Positions 1 through 13,252 of a stretch of 64,000 nucleotides of DNA are shown one piece after another. Made by a program: the position numbers and the translations under genes. Below the pieces are notes generated by a model. It was not told the DNA's origin. It did no database searches and saw nothing but the letters and a program-made list of their open reading frames with translations. Position 1 is the first letter of the stretch; each line of letters starts with the position of its first letter. The DNA comes from Marsupella aquatica (lineage: Eukaryota; Plantae; Marchantiophyta): contig OZ316895.1 in NCBI GenBank assembly GCA_973895155.1, positions 6,746,184-6,810,183 of the forward strand, written 5' to 3'.

Positions 1-3000
1 AATGCTCCTATGTGTTTGTCATTTGTGGTGAAAATCTGCACTTGACTGTGCATTTTTGGTGCATTTATAAGCAAAGCACTGGAATGTTAGTGATTACAAG
101 ACTGGCCTGCAGTTGTCCATGGAATGCACTTATACACTGTGCACTCGTGCACAATAGCCTGTATTATGTCTGGTGCACTACCACCTTTCAATCCTTAGAG
201 AATTGTGTAGCAGTGATTTTGCCCACTGATAAGTTAAAGCAGCCTGAAATAAAAGCTTCAACCAGTGTTGTGGTCGCAGCTTAATATGCCTTCCATCTTT
301 TAGGCCAAATTGTGGAGCTTAGAGCATTCCAACATTTTTCTGGATACTAACATTTACCCAAAACGTGAAGAAAAACAACTTGGTTCATGTACACCTATGG
401 TCTCACTACTTATACAACTGACTTTGAGCACGGCACAATACTGGTACCAGTGGTGGGGACACTGAAGGGGAGGCCTTGCATCCTGCATCCAGGTTTCATC
501 TCAAAATGAGAAAAGATTGCAAATGATGTCAAATAGGAAGGCTACCTGTTGTTGAAAGTTGCTGCTGCAAGTGGAAATCCTATAAGGCTACTGAACTCTA
601 AAGCATTAGTGAGAATCTTACTAATAAAGTGCGATACAAACTAAGCCACTTTCCAGGGCTACATGGTCTAGAGGGAAGCCTCTAGAGTAACTCTCAATAA
701 GGACAAAATTGAAAGTATTGGAATTTACTACATTGCCACAATGTTTTGGCCATAATATATACAATCATCACCACATATTTTCCCCTATTTATCACAATGT
801 CATTATAGGGGCCACTGTTTTTAATTGTGGGTTAAAAAATTTAATCCAGGTTAGGTCCTTCACATCAGATGGCTATCATCGCACCCAATTTTGGGATGGA
901 ATCGCACCCAATTTTGGGATGGAATGGCTTGGGTCTCCCTCAACTAAGGTGGCTTTGACCAGTCACCGTTAGATCAGTTGACTAAGGGCAGGTTGGGTGG
1001 TCCTGTCATCCCATCCTACACATGGCCTTTGTCAAGGGCCAGCCTGTCCCTATGCATAGCCTTTGCTTCTGTCCTGCTGAGGGTGATGAAAGTCACAAGG
1101 AAGGAGACTGGAGGTATCCGATCCCAGGACTGGGTATAATGATAGCCATTGGATGTGTAATTTTTTTTTACCCATAATCAAAGACAATGGCATCGTGATA
1201 AATAGAAGAAAATGAGTGACAATGCCTATAATATGCCAAAAAGAGTGACAGTGTGATAAATCCCAGAAATTTGAAAATGAAATTAAACAAAAAAAACATG
1301 AATGGGGCAAAGATGAACTAAAACATAGCATAGAGCTTCTTCTTCTTTTTGCAGGATCCTTTTTTTATTGTTCTCTATGTTATTGAAGGAACCAGTAATC
1401 AGCGAGTTGTCACCAAAAGGACAGAATTCACATAGACTTCCAATTCATAGATATAGAATTCATGAGATCATTGTGCCCTGAAATCGTTCTGAAATAGTTG
1501 CTGGTTGCTGAAATCATTGCATTGAAATCTTGGGGGCCACTTTCCAAGGGGGGTCCCATATCACGCGCAAAGTTTTCAAATAATATACACCCTAAAACTT
1601 AATAAAATAAAGTAGGTATTTAGTATTTTTTAATCCCTATAATTCTTATAAGTTTCAAAAGTGGATTAAAACACCTCTATATTTCTTCAACAAAACTGTT
1701 AAAGTCTTCAGCGCAATTGAATAAATAACCCCTAACTTCTTTGTGCGCAATGGGTCGAAAGAAAAGAATTGAGGACCACCGGGTTCTACTGCTGATTTGA
1801 ATCTTGGACCTCATTCATGCTTATGATTGGAGGGTGCTACCAATGGAATTGAAAATTTGTTGAGTGACAATTTAAGTGACACATTAAATATGCATAGTTG
1901 TCACTTTGATATGAAAGGCCCACCAGTTTCTTTGGAGGGCTCACACTCTTTTATAAAGCAGTATCGTTTCCAAAAGAAAGTGCTACACTCTCCATCTTGA
2001 TTAGTCTTACTAATTCTATTTGGGTGACTGATCAAAATTTGGACATCTCAAAATTTAGCCTTACCAATGTTAATTTTAAAGTGACACTATTTACATCCGC
2101 ATTAAATAGAATGTGGCTACTAGTAATTAAAATATTTAGATAAGATTAATTCACTGTGTCTGCAAAGCATCATTTGTGAGAGGAAATTTAATTTTAGGGT
2201 TATGGAAAAACAAAATATTGTGAATCCCAGTTGCAAAAATGGACCAGTCAATCAAGATTTCTGTTCATCAAACAAATGAACAGAGCAAATCAATACACAA
2301 CTATTCTTTAATGCGAAAAATGGATTCATAAATCTTTAAACCACAAATACTATTTAAAGTTACAAATGATCCACAATTACTGTTATTTTCTTGTCAAAAC
2401 ACCTCTTCACTTGATTTAGACTTACTAACACTAATTGAGTGAAAGATTATTTGTGACATAAGACTAATGGGGGTGAGTAGTGTATTTACTATATTTGATA
2501 TAAAAGGCATCCTGAGGTTCTCAAGTGTTGGGAGGTGGGCATGACACATGTTGGCAGACATGATGGAAGATAGTGTTAAGGTCGCTTTTGGTTACGAAAT
2601 TATAAAAATTGCCCAGTGTCACATGTTCCTTTATATAGAGCAACCAACCGTCTCCATACAAACGGTGGTGGGGCTTGAGTGCCTGACCCAAAAAAAACCT
2701 TGTTTGAGTTCAAAGTCAAAGTGAAGGACGCTCAATTGGCCCAGTGCCCAGCCAAAAGAAAATCCCATTCCCGGTGGTGATATTTTGGCTGTGGTTGAGG
2801 TTCATTTGACTCACTTTTTTTCTGGAGTGTCAATGAGAAGTATTCCAATGGAGGAAATGCCTGGGCCTCACAGATGGTATCTTGCAATGTCAAAGGGGAC
2901 TCTCAGCCTCACAAATGTGCAGAAGAATGGAAAGGCTTAAAGGGGAGGGAGATGGGCCTCAGAGATGGAGTTTTGTAGTGTCAATGGGAAGACATCCAGT

Positions 3001-4526
3001 GTTAGGAGATGGGGTTCTAGAGACTGTGGAAAGATCCAATCAAATCAGCCATATTAAAATTCTCTATGGAAGCTACCATTCTTGACCTATTCCATAGAGT
3101 GAGGCAATAGGCCCTAATTTATTTGGCAAGATAAATTGCGATAAATTCTGATTTTTAGGTTATGCATCTGAGTAGGGCAGGGAGTCTGGGTAGGGAGAGC
3201 CCTGGGTATTAGGGAAAGTATAATAAATTGACTTTGGGGGGCCAACTCTAGATGGTCAGCTTTTGGAATCCTCCAATGTAATATTTTTCCTCTATACGTC
3301 ATTCAACCTCTCCAAGGATCTTGGAATGGCAGTGGTGGAGACTGCCGTTAGGAGGAAGGTTTTGTTGTATTCAGATTTCCGTGGGAGGCTAAGGAAGTGG
3401 TGGCATTGTTATATAAGTGCACATCTAAAAGTAGGAACAACAGGTACAGCCTGGCTACATAGGAAGAACCCTTGGCGGAGTACCCCAATCTATCCATTGT
3501 GTGAGGATGTGCGACATGGCACAGTGCATAATATGTTATGGCTCTTTTATGTGCATTTATAAAAAATGGAAGAGGTGGTGGGACTTCTTGAATCTTGAGT
3601 TGCTCGACCTACTGTAGGTGTGGTTTCATTCAGAGTTCGGTGGGCGTAATAAGTTTGCACTTGGGGGGCAAATTACATAATTATGGCCAGCTTTGAGGCA
3701 TCAAATCTTAGATCGCCCAATCTAAACGTTTTTACTTGACAGGGCATCCAACCTCTCCAAGGAGCTTGGAATGGAAGCGGTGCTGGGACTTGGCTGCTCG
3801 ACCAAAACAAGGTTTTGTTGCATTCGGATTTCAGGGGAGGTGGAGATGGGACTTGACTGCTTGACCTAGGTTTTTGGTGGGAGGCTACGGAAGCGGTGGT
3901 GGGGCATGAGTGCTTGGCCTAGAGATGGTCATTTTGTATTCGGCTTTCGGTGGGACGCTAGGACCACCGATTGTCATCATAGACCTCTGTTTCTCGTCCT
4001 TAAACTCTGCAAAGTTCTCGGAGTGGGGCATATGAGTACTGTAGAGCCATAGAGGAACTCTATTCTGAAAAATTCCGATTGCACCTACAAGAAGACAGAC
4101 CTGCCTGATCTTGATGTGGGCCACAATCATGAGGTCATTACTGTCATTTTGCATAGAAAGAGACTGGATAGGAAGATTTAGCGTTGAGTCCTAAAGCAGT
4201 ATTTTGGAATTTACAGTGGTTCAGCTCACTGTGAAGAATGATCGCCTGAATGAATCCATGACAAAGTTCGTCCTCATTAGATTGTCGATGACGCACATGA
4301 CCTCAGCAGCATTGTCAGTTTGAAGGCGGAGAATGAAACGAGGAGTAAGTCAATGATTGGATTGGCATTTGCTGTTCGTATTGCGTAATCACATTGGAAT
4401 CCGAAGAGAAAATCCCACAGGAAGATCTGCGAAGACGTCAATGAAGGACGACGCCAACATCACTTGCCGAAAGGCTGTACAACAATCCTTGTCCCGTAAT
4501 TATATTTTCATCTTGTCCTGTAGTTA

Positions 4527-5830
4527 CTAGCTCAATACCCGTGCGTTACACAAAAGATGTCGTGACGGCCAAGATGTCGTTGAGAACAAAAGAGGTCATG
4601 TCGGCCAAGAGGTTGTTGAGAAGAAAGATGTCGTGTCGCCCAAGAAATTTTTGAGAACAAAAGATGTTCTGTCGGCAAGATGTTGATGATAAACAAAATA
4701 TGTCTTGTCGGCCAAGATGTCGTTGAGAACAAAAGATGTCGTGTCGACTAAGATGTCATGTCGACCAAGATTTGGTTGAGAAAAAAGATGTCGTGTCGAC
4801 CAAGAGGTTGTTGAGAAAAAAAGTTGTATTGGCCAAGAGGTCGTTGAGAAAAATGATGTCGTGTTGGCCAAGATCTCATTGATAAAAAAGATGTCGTGTG
4901 ACCGGCCAAGAAATCATTGAGATAAAGGATCTTGTGTTGGCAAAGAAGTCGTTGAGAAAAAAGATGTCATGTCGGCCAAGACGTCGTTGAGAGAAAATAT
5001 GTTGTGTCGGGCAAGACATCATTGTGAAAAAAGAGTCGTGTTGACCAAGACGTCGTTGAGAAAACAGATGTCGTGTTGGCCAAGACGTCATTGAGGAAAA
5101 ATATCAGTGCATTGCACAAAAGATGTCGTGTCGCCCAAGATGTTGTTATCTGAAAGATGTCATGAAGTAAAAAGATGTCGTTAAGAAAAAAGAAATCATT
5201 TTTCCAAAGATGTCATTATGTGAACGATGGCGTTAAGAAAAAGGTGTCATTTTGCCAAACTAAGTGATTGTGAAGTAAAAGATGTTATAAATAAAAAGGT
5301 GTCGTTTCACCCAATATGTCATTAATATGTGAAAGATGGCTCAATACCCGTGCATTGCACAAAAGATGTCGTTAAGAAAAAATATGTTGTGTTGCCAAAG
5401 ATGTTGTCATGAAAAAAGGTGATGTTGCCAACAATTTTGTTAAGTAAAAACATGTTGTGTTGTCAAAGATTTTTTTAAGAAAAAAGATGTCATGTTGCCA
5501 AAGAAGTTGTTAATATGTGAAAGATGTTGTGAAGTAAAAAGATGTCATTAAGAACTATGATGTCGTGATGCCAAAGGTGTCGTGAAGAAAAAATGTTCTT
5601 ATGTGAAAAATGTTGTGAAGTAAAAGATGTCGTTGCACCAAAGATGGCTTTATGTCCAAGATGTTGTCAGGTAAAAGATGATGTTTTACGAAAGATGTTA
5701 TTAAGCATTTTTTTGTTAAGTACAAAATGGTCGATAAGTAAAGGGATGTCATTAGACAAAGATGTAAGTTGTGAAGTAAAAAATGTTCTTAAGTACAATT
5801 GAAAATATTGCTAGTAAACCATGTTAAGTA
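4527..5830 (-). mobile_element. Non-autonomous Helitron-like element: 3' terminus plus ~1.3 kb subterminal minisatellite (~35-bp unit AAGATGTCGTGTCGGCCAAGATGTCGTTGAGAAAA, decaying rightwards)
   Basis: The minus strand at 4552->4526 reads TGTGTAACGCACGGGTATTGAGCTAG|T, matching the plant Helitron 3' end (GTGCAACGCAC-type hairpin remnant + CTAG before T). The motif recurs at ~5108 and ~5339. Dozens of AAGATGTC(G/A)T repeats follow. Confidence 0.65.
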
Positions 5831-5864
5831 AAAAAAGTTGTTAAGTTGTTGCCACTTTTTTGCC

Positions 5865-6410
5865 ACCCCTTGCATCCTGAAGCCCCATTGATAACCCCAA
5901 AGTTTTTGTTACTTTAAGCTTTTTACTTAAAGTTACCATGGCTGCTTACTTGGCTTTGGCCGCCCCAATGCCGAGCGGGATGCCAAGACCCCTTGGGATA
6001 ATGACACGGCTTGGCTGACTTTTCAACAACTCTTCACTACCCCTTGCATCTTAGAACCCCATTGGGCCCAAAGTTTTGGCTACCTTAGAGTTCTTACTTA
6101 AAGTCGCCGCAATAGCTTAATTGGCATTGGCCGCCCCAAATGTCAAGACCCCCTCGGGTAACGGAGCAGCTTGGCTGACTTTTCAACGGCCCTTTCCCTA
6201 CCCTTGCATATATCTTGGAACCCCATCAGTAACCCCAATTTTTTTGGTTACTTTAAGCTTAGTTTGCTTAAAGTTGACCGTGGCCGCTTACTTGGCTGTG
6301 GCCGCCCCAATGCCAATTCCCCTTGGGGCAACGGCATGACTTAGCCCACTTTTCAACAAAACAATTTGCCTACCCCTTGCATGGAACCCCTTTGGTAACC
6401 TCATCCAACT
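5865..6410. repeat. Tandem repeat, ~170-bp unit, ~3.3 copies
   Basis: Units start near 5865, 6038, 6199 and 6371. They share (T)ACCCCTTGCAT...CCCC..., CTTAAAGT, TGGCCGCCCCAA and ACTTTTCAAC. Confidence 0.85.
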
Positions 6411-7611
6411 TTACTCGGCTCCTTACTCGCCAATACCATGCCCCCCTGGGGTGGTGGTGTGGTTTGCAACACTTTCCAACATTGGAGGACCTGCCACCCC
6501 CGGACCAACTTTGGTCCAGATATTTTGGCCCCCGCCCCATACCTCTTCCTGTGCTAAACAAAGTGGCAAGACATAACAACAACTGAGGGGTTGTTGGGGA
6601 GTTGGAACCCGGGGCAAGATTGAGTTAGGTTGGGGATGGGACCTTGGGGTCTCGGGTTTCATTCCACCCCGGGATGTTGGGTCTAGCATTTTTTACAACA
6701 TTATTTTTTTGTTTTTGGCCAGTGTGACGAATGTCAGCCTCTCAAAGGAAGGAAATGCTAGGAGTATTCTTCAACAATTTTTCTTGAATTATATCTTCTT
6801 CATCAGATATCCCTAGATTGACGTACAACGGTTAGATTTTGGCAAATGGGGTCCATGATTTGGTGGGAGAGTGGCCAATGGTATGCAAAGAATCTAGCAA
6901 TTTTTTGGCAAAAGTGACGGAAAAAGTGGTGAACATATTTTGGGGAGGTGGAATTTGGCAAAAGTTTGCACCTAGAAACTACGTTGTTTGGATGAGGCCA
7001 GGGCCAGGGTAATCTCATGAGTCATCATCCCTTCCTCTTCACTCTCCCTCATCGCTCTCCCTCTTCTAGCTATTGGGTAATGGGTATTGCTCCTCTTCAC
7101 ACTCCCTCTTCTTGCCATTGGGTAGTTGTTGTTGCTTAAAAAAGTACTCATTAAATGCCTGGAGCCCTTATAAGCTCACATAGGTTTGGAATAGAGAGCT
7201 CCAAACTCCAAAAGGAAAGAAGCTACGCTCTTCTCTCTCTTAAAAGTTGTACTCTGATGGTACAATTGTACCTGCTTTTACAGGACCTCTATCCCCTTTG
7301 TACCTTGTACCTGGGGTTCCTAAGAGTAATGAGCTCATATGCTGTACCTGAAGGTACAATAGTACCTGTTTTGTGCATCTTTGTGTACTTGTTTTGTGCA
7401 CACCAAACCCTGTACCAGGTTTCCTCACCGTTCCTTTTTTTTTTTCCCCTTATTGGTTCTATATTTACAGGTTTCAATTTTTTTTTTTTCCCCTTATTGG
7501 TTCTATATTTACAGGTTTCAATTATTCTCACCCAAAAGGACACTCCAAATTTGAATGACGACCAAGTCATTTTTTGACGCAAGTGTGTATTATAGTTTAG
7601 TATATTTTCAT

Positions 7612-7843
7612 CTTCCTCCGCAACTCATTGAAATGAACAGGGTGAGTTCTCTCCAACTCTGGTGTGAGCCACTGCAGTACCAAGGTGGTTTATGGCAGAA
7701 GGTTGGCTTATGGCACAAATCTCCTTGTCCTGTAATCGTATTTTCAACTTCCTCCGCACAACTCATAGAATTGAACAGGGTGAGTTCTCTCCGTCTCTGG
7801 TGTGAGCCACTGCAGTACCAAGATGGGTTATGGCAGAAGGTTA
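7612..7843. repeat. Direct duplication of ~93 bp
   Basis: CTTCCTCCGCA..ACTCAT.GAA.TGAACAGGGTGAGTTCTCTCC...TGGTGTGAGCCACTGCAGTACCAAG...TTATGGCAGAAGGTT occurs at ~7612 and ~7749. Confidence 0.85.
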
Positions 7844-9097
7844 CTGGGGTCTGGGGGAGGGTTCGTTCACTTTTGACAGAACCCTACCCACGTTTGATTG
7901 GGAGATCGGTCTAGATTCGGGACTTGTCAGTTTGTGATTCAAGTTCTTTGCCATTTGCCAAGGATCCGAATTTGATCATATCCACCACACTTGAGAGCAG
8001 CCAACATTTCCAATGTCAATTTCTACCACGACTCTACCCCCGAATAATCTCGCAGCAAGGCTGGCTACCTGATTTTCCTCAGCGGAGCCTCCTCCTTTTC
8101 ATTCTTCAGCAACACGGCAACGTGATTCTGAATAGCCAGCACGGCATGTATGTTCAAGAGGTTGTCTTGAGCACATTTGAGGGACGTAGAAGCCGGAGAC
8201 GGCCCCGCCTAGTCCACCAAACGAATTGAATCTCCCTCCCCCCCTCACTACAAAAATAGGGGAAACACCAAGATTTGCAAATCCGAGCCCTGTCGCTTCA
8301 CTTGGATTGAATTGGAGGTGGACAACTCTAGAGTCGTGGAGATGTAAGCAAGCCTACGCTAGGGCACCGGAGCAAGGCAGCAGCACCAGATGTCGTGGTC
8401 AGGTCACTTGCAAAGAATTACCTCCGATCGTCCGTCTTCCGGAATTGCATATCGTGGCCATGCTGTACATACAGGGTAGGGCAGGGCAGGGCAGGGCAGG
8501 GGCAGGACAGGGGAATGTGTACTGCAGCCAACAAATAGCCCCTTGCCCTGAACGCCATAAGTTACACTTCAACCCGCACCATGATCGGCACCGGTGAGGC
8601 TGGCACGCCCTGATGAATCTCAATACAAAGAAACGGCCTAATTGAAAAGACATACGAAAGAGATTCGTTCAAGCGCAGCAAAATGTACCTTGAATGAAAA
8701 GAATGTTCAGATTCACTTAATCATCTCGTTAAATATGCAGACTGGTCATGACCATGTGATCATCAACATGGCCATTTCCTTCGATCTAATCTTCCCTTTC
8801 GAACTTCAAAAACTCACAATGCGTGCTACTGTTTCTGGATCCAAGACGCAGCGAACTTCTCACTGACATCAAAGAGCCTCCATTGCTAAAGATCTCGGTC
8901 TTGTATCCCTCTTATAAATTCATTGGAGTACATCTGCTTGATGTACAACCTCCTTGGCTCTCAGACGAGCTTCCTATCTAAGATGCGAAAAAATGCGTAG
9001 AGAATGTAAAAAACATCCCTAAAATTCAATGCCGTCCTGTTCGTTTTGAGGACTCTGGGCATTGAAAATTGACATGAGGAACCACAAGCTCCTCCTG

Positions 9098-9844
9098 TTA
9101 GCTGGCAATTACTTGAGGTGCTCCACTGTAATGCGGTCCCCAAGCCATCCTCATGGGAGCCATGGCATCCTCATCACTGACAATACGAATCCTTCGCCTT
9201 AGCGAATCGTCCCCACTGCCCACAATCCCACCAAGATCTCGGTGCCTGTTCTGCAACGCTTGTCTGATGAGAATTTTGGGAACCTCGTTGTCCGAACGGA
9301 GGATTTTGCGGACCTCGTTGGCTAACTCCACAATTTCCTGGTCAACACAAGCGGCTCCGATCTGTCTCAAGGACTCCTCGAGCAGGAAGAGGTACTCGTG
9401 GTTCTCTCCTGCGGGACCTCGACTTCGGGCAATCTGCTCCGCCATAACCTGTAATGGCGCCGGGCCCAGATAACACAAGTTGGAGCTGCTGGGTGTGGCG
9501 ATGTAGGTGAGAGCATCACACACTGCTGGGGTGTGGGGGGAAGCAGCAGTGTAAACATCGAAAGAAGCTCTCACATCGTACGTCCTCTCTCTTTGATTCA
9601 GGTACGCCTCCACTAGTTGGGCTTCAACAGAGGCAGTCACTCTGTAGGCAACTCCCCATGTCTCTGCACCTTCTTGCTCCTCCAAAGTAAGAGTTCTCCC
9701 GGGTCTTTGTTGCGTGCCTCGGAAATCAATACACGCTTGATGGAATACCCGCCTGTAATTCTTCACATATCCGACCACCCGTTCTTCAAAGCTGAAGCTT
9801 GGCTTCCAGATGAGTGAGCCATAGCCAAACACCCACAGCACCAT
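9098..9844 (-). CDS. GGCT2: ChaC-like gamma-glutamylcyclotransferase (plant GGCT2 family), single-exon CDS, 248 aa
   Basis: Starts MVLWVFGYGSLIWKP and contains the ChaC motifs RGT..RPGR, WGVAY, YL..RE..YD, YLGPAPL, IA.S.GPAGEN.EYLF.L. The ATG at 9844 (Met73 of the 320-aa track ORF) matches the family N-terminus. A TATATA lies ~100 bp upstream. Confidence 0.93.
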   Translation of the reverse strand: MVLWVFGYGSLIWKPSFSFEERVVGYVKNYRRVFHQACIDFRGTQQRPGRTLTLEEQEGAETWGVAYRVTASVEAQLVEAYLNQRERTYDVRASFDVYTAASPHTPAVCDALTYIATPSSSNLCYLGPAPLQVMAEQIARSRGPAGENHEYLFLLEESLRQIGAACVDQEIVELANEVRKILRSDNEVPKILIRQALQNRHRDLGGIVGSGDDSLRRRIRIVSDEDAMAPMRMAWGPHYSGAPQVIAS

Positions 9845-12175
9845 CTTCGAAACACCTGAGTTTACTCCACCGCCAGTCGATTGATTGCCTAAGTTGCGCA
9901 GAAAGGGTGCCCAGCCACGCAACCAACGTCTGCTTCCCCTATATACTCTGAAGCGAGAATGGAGAATGAGACCAAAGCTTTGCCAAACTCGCAACCTTAA
10001 TTTGCTTGGCTGCGCGGCCCATTCCACGCTGGCTCTGCTTCGGTATCCCGCGATTGTCATGAAAACTTAACTCGCCATTGCTCCGAATAGATCACAATCT
10101 ATTTGATCTTCTCCCTTCGATCCTCTCCTCCACTGCACAGTCTGGATTGGGTATTTCCTTGACTGTTTAATCTCAGTGTTCTGTAGCCTGCTCAGAAATG
10201 CCAGTACTGTAGGAGCTCTTCTTTCGAGCTCTGCAGCGATGTCAGTGGCTGGATGCAGGTGCACTGAATTGATTATCCAACGTTTACCACCCACTTTTGC
10301 AAGATCCGTGGGAACCGCCCTTCCTCTCTTGCCTAGTTGGAAATGGCCGGAGATTTTAGACTCCCTCCAAAGTCTCGCCCCCAATGAGTGATTCTAAGGT
10401 GGAACTCGACATCTAAGCTAAATACCGCCACCTTTTTCCACAAAATAATCTATCAAGAAAAGACGAGGGAAAAAAACTACCCCCCTGTGCTGTGCTTTAC
10501 TCGCTTCCCCTAATGACCAACGCGCAAACCCTTGCCTCATACATTGCACCTGGACGGGGAAGCGGACTGCGGCCAGTGCATCTGGTCCGGAGGACACGGC
10601 GTTCGGAGCAGGGTGGATCTACTTTCTTGACGATACACGTAGATTCGAAGAGACTCGCAGAACTGGGACACCAGAAGTACAGTCGCGCGTCTTGGGGTCG
10701 GCCTGTTGGGGGGAGGGAGAACCAAATCCCCGCTCCCTCACTTCTGCTCCGGCGATCGGTCGGAGGTTGAGCTGTTGAAGGGAAAGCCGAAAAACGGAGA
10801 GACGTGGTGGTACAGAGATTCAATGATGGATTTGTAACAAATCCCTGAAAAACGTTCGGGTCGGTGGATGGACGGTCAGCGGCGGGCTTTGGTTGGGCTT
10901 ATAGCTTATGCCTTCTTCGTCGTCACACAACAATCAACAACAAGCATGGTACGATCCCCTCACGGAGGCACCGTGTGTGGCAACCGTAGTGAATGGCACT
11001 CATCACTCTAACTCTCTCAGAGTACTAAATAATTAATTTAACTGGACTTTAACTGGACTGGACGACTGGCTTGCCAGGCGCAAGGAAGGAAGGGTTTTGC
11101 CGCAGCCTATCAATCGAGCGAAGGTATGGGTCAGCAGGACTGGAATGTCCACTCCCACTGCACTACTGGTACTGGAGAATAAGTTGGGCAGCAACAAGAC
11201 TGCCATTAGTTGAGAGACCATCGGAGGTGCAGAGAACGAGACATTCACGGCGGACGGCGTGCAAATGGGCAGTCGAACCGAACGGAGCAGCAACTGGATA
11301 GCCTAACTTCCCCAGATGCTAATGCTAATGCTAATGCACGGAATGAGTGGAGTGGAACGACTGCACGGCGATAATTATAGGCAGAAAACTCTCAATCGGT
11401 GAACGGTGACGATTGTGCTGTGCAGAAGCGGGGCCCTCTGCTCCGATCATACTACAGTAGGCTAAATTCTACACTGTGGTGGGGGTATAGCACGAGCAAA
11501 ATGTGGGGCAGTTAGGACCGCAGGGATCTAGGTCTCACCCGACTGCAGTGCTATGATTTGCGCACTCATACCAGTGTGTAGAAAAATTAATAAATATCTT
11601 GTCATATATAACACAGGGCCCAAGGGCAAAAACGCCAAACGGGGAGAAAAGGCGAAACGAGATCCAAAGGCAACCCAATGAAGGGGAGGAAAGAGGGGAA
11701 ATATGTTGTCCGTGTGGCATGTTGGTGTTCGCGTGGTGAGTTGGAAAAAGCCATTGAGCCTCTGTTCAATTAAAACCGTGTGCAAATTTAAGCGTTTCAA
11801 ATCTACTGTAGAATTTTGTCTTTGATGATCACCATATAAAGCACGTAATGGGATCCTACTAAGGTAGGGCTTCTCACCGCAGCAAGCCATAATCTTACAT
11901 TCTTATGGCATACTAAAATAAGTAATTTTTGGACATACTTAAATAAGTACAGTAGGGCATGTCAAAGTTTAACAGTAACTCAACTCACTTAGGATTCAGG
12001 ACATGAAATCTTCTTATGTGACAAAATCACTCTGGGCTATCAAAATATGCACCCCATAAAAGTGATACATCAACAAAAAAAAACAACTGGAACACTTTGG
12101 TTATGAGAGAACTTTGACACACCCTGATAGCTTATGTTTTTGTCATGACAGTAGAAGGTTTATGTCCTAGGTCAT

Positions 12176-12446
12176 AACTCACTTATTGCCTTGTTATGCC
12201 ATGATTCTAATAACTTCACATCTAAAACGCTACAATGGGACACAAAAGTAACAATGCTCATTGATATAAAAGAAGAGTCGGTTTAACATTGGTATGGAAA
12301 GCCCATTCAACTTACTTATTGCCTTGCTATGCCACGGTTCTAATAACTTCACATCTAAAAAGCTACAATGGGACACAAAAGTAACAATGCTCATGGATAT
12401 AAAAGAAGAGTTGGGTTAACATTGGTATGGAAAGCCCATTCAACTT
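12176..12446. repeat. Tandem duplication, 133-bp unit x2
   Basis: AACT.ACTTATTGCCTTG.TATGCCA...TTCTAATAACTTCACATCTAAAA.GCTACAATGGGACACAAAAG...TGGAAAGCCCATTC is repeated head-to-tail. Confidence 0.9.
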
Positions 12447-13219
12447 GCCACAGCACGGTACAATATAAAAGAACAATTGCCTGGTTTTTGCCACATAGCA
12501 CAATATAATTTAAAACAACAATTGTATTTGGGCCGTTGTCACATAACAGAATCTACTTCTATAATATGTAATCTAGCCAATTAGTTTGTGGACCCCTTGA
12601 ACTCCTGAAAGTCCACCTTCCCATTACCGTCCACATCGACTCCCTTGATCATCTGCTGATATTTCTTATAACTATGTCCTTCTTTCATGCCCAGGCTCTT
12701 CAACACCATCTGCACGTAGACGAGGCCCTTACTGAACCCTGCTAAGCTTGCTTCTCTTTCGTTTGTTCGTGCCTTGTTCCCTGGGCCCTTAGTCTTAACT
12801 AATACGTGGAGGACGTGCGAACGCTCAAAGTGTAATTTTTATTCATTTTGAACTAATGATTATAATTATTATTGGTAATAAGGGAACTTTTAATAGTAAA
12901 ATGGAAATAACAAGGGGTAAACAAGAAAAGGGCCTGATCACAGGGGGGTCCCACTTCTTTTACACGGAGTGAGGGCCCAGGGGCCTCGTTGGACAATCTA
13001 ACAGTAGCGAGAGGCATCACCGAGTTAGGAACTGCAATGATGATGCCATGGAAAGGAGTGTTGAGTGATCCAACAAAGAATGATGTCCACCTCTTCCTTC
13101 CAAGCATTTCATAATTAGTCAAGACACCTGGAAAAACTACTTGAGGTGTTCTTCTCAAAATTGAAGCGTCTTTCTTAATATAGCCCGACAATGTGAATTT
13201 TGGATGTAAAGTGAAACTA

Positions 13220-13252
13220 TGTGTGTGTGTGTATGTGTGTGCGTGTGTGTGT
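13220..13252. repeat. (TG)n microsatellite, imperfect
   Basis: TGTGTGTGTGTGTATGTGTGTGCGTGTGTGTGT is seen directly. Confidence 0.9.

Noticed and set aside
4532-5802. Several TTSW-rich short ORFs
   Set aside because: They are translation artefacts of the minisatellite array.
9845-10060. 72-aa N-terminal extension of GGCT2 in the ORF track
   Set aside because: The family begins at MVLWVFGYGS and a TATATA lies within the extension. A longer isoform is not excluded but is unsupported.
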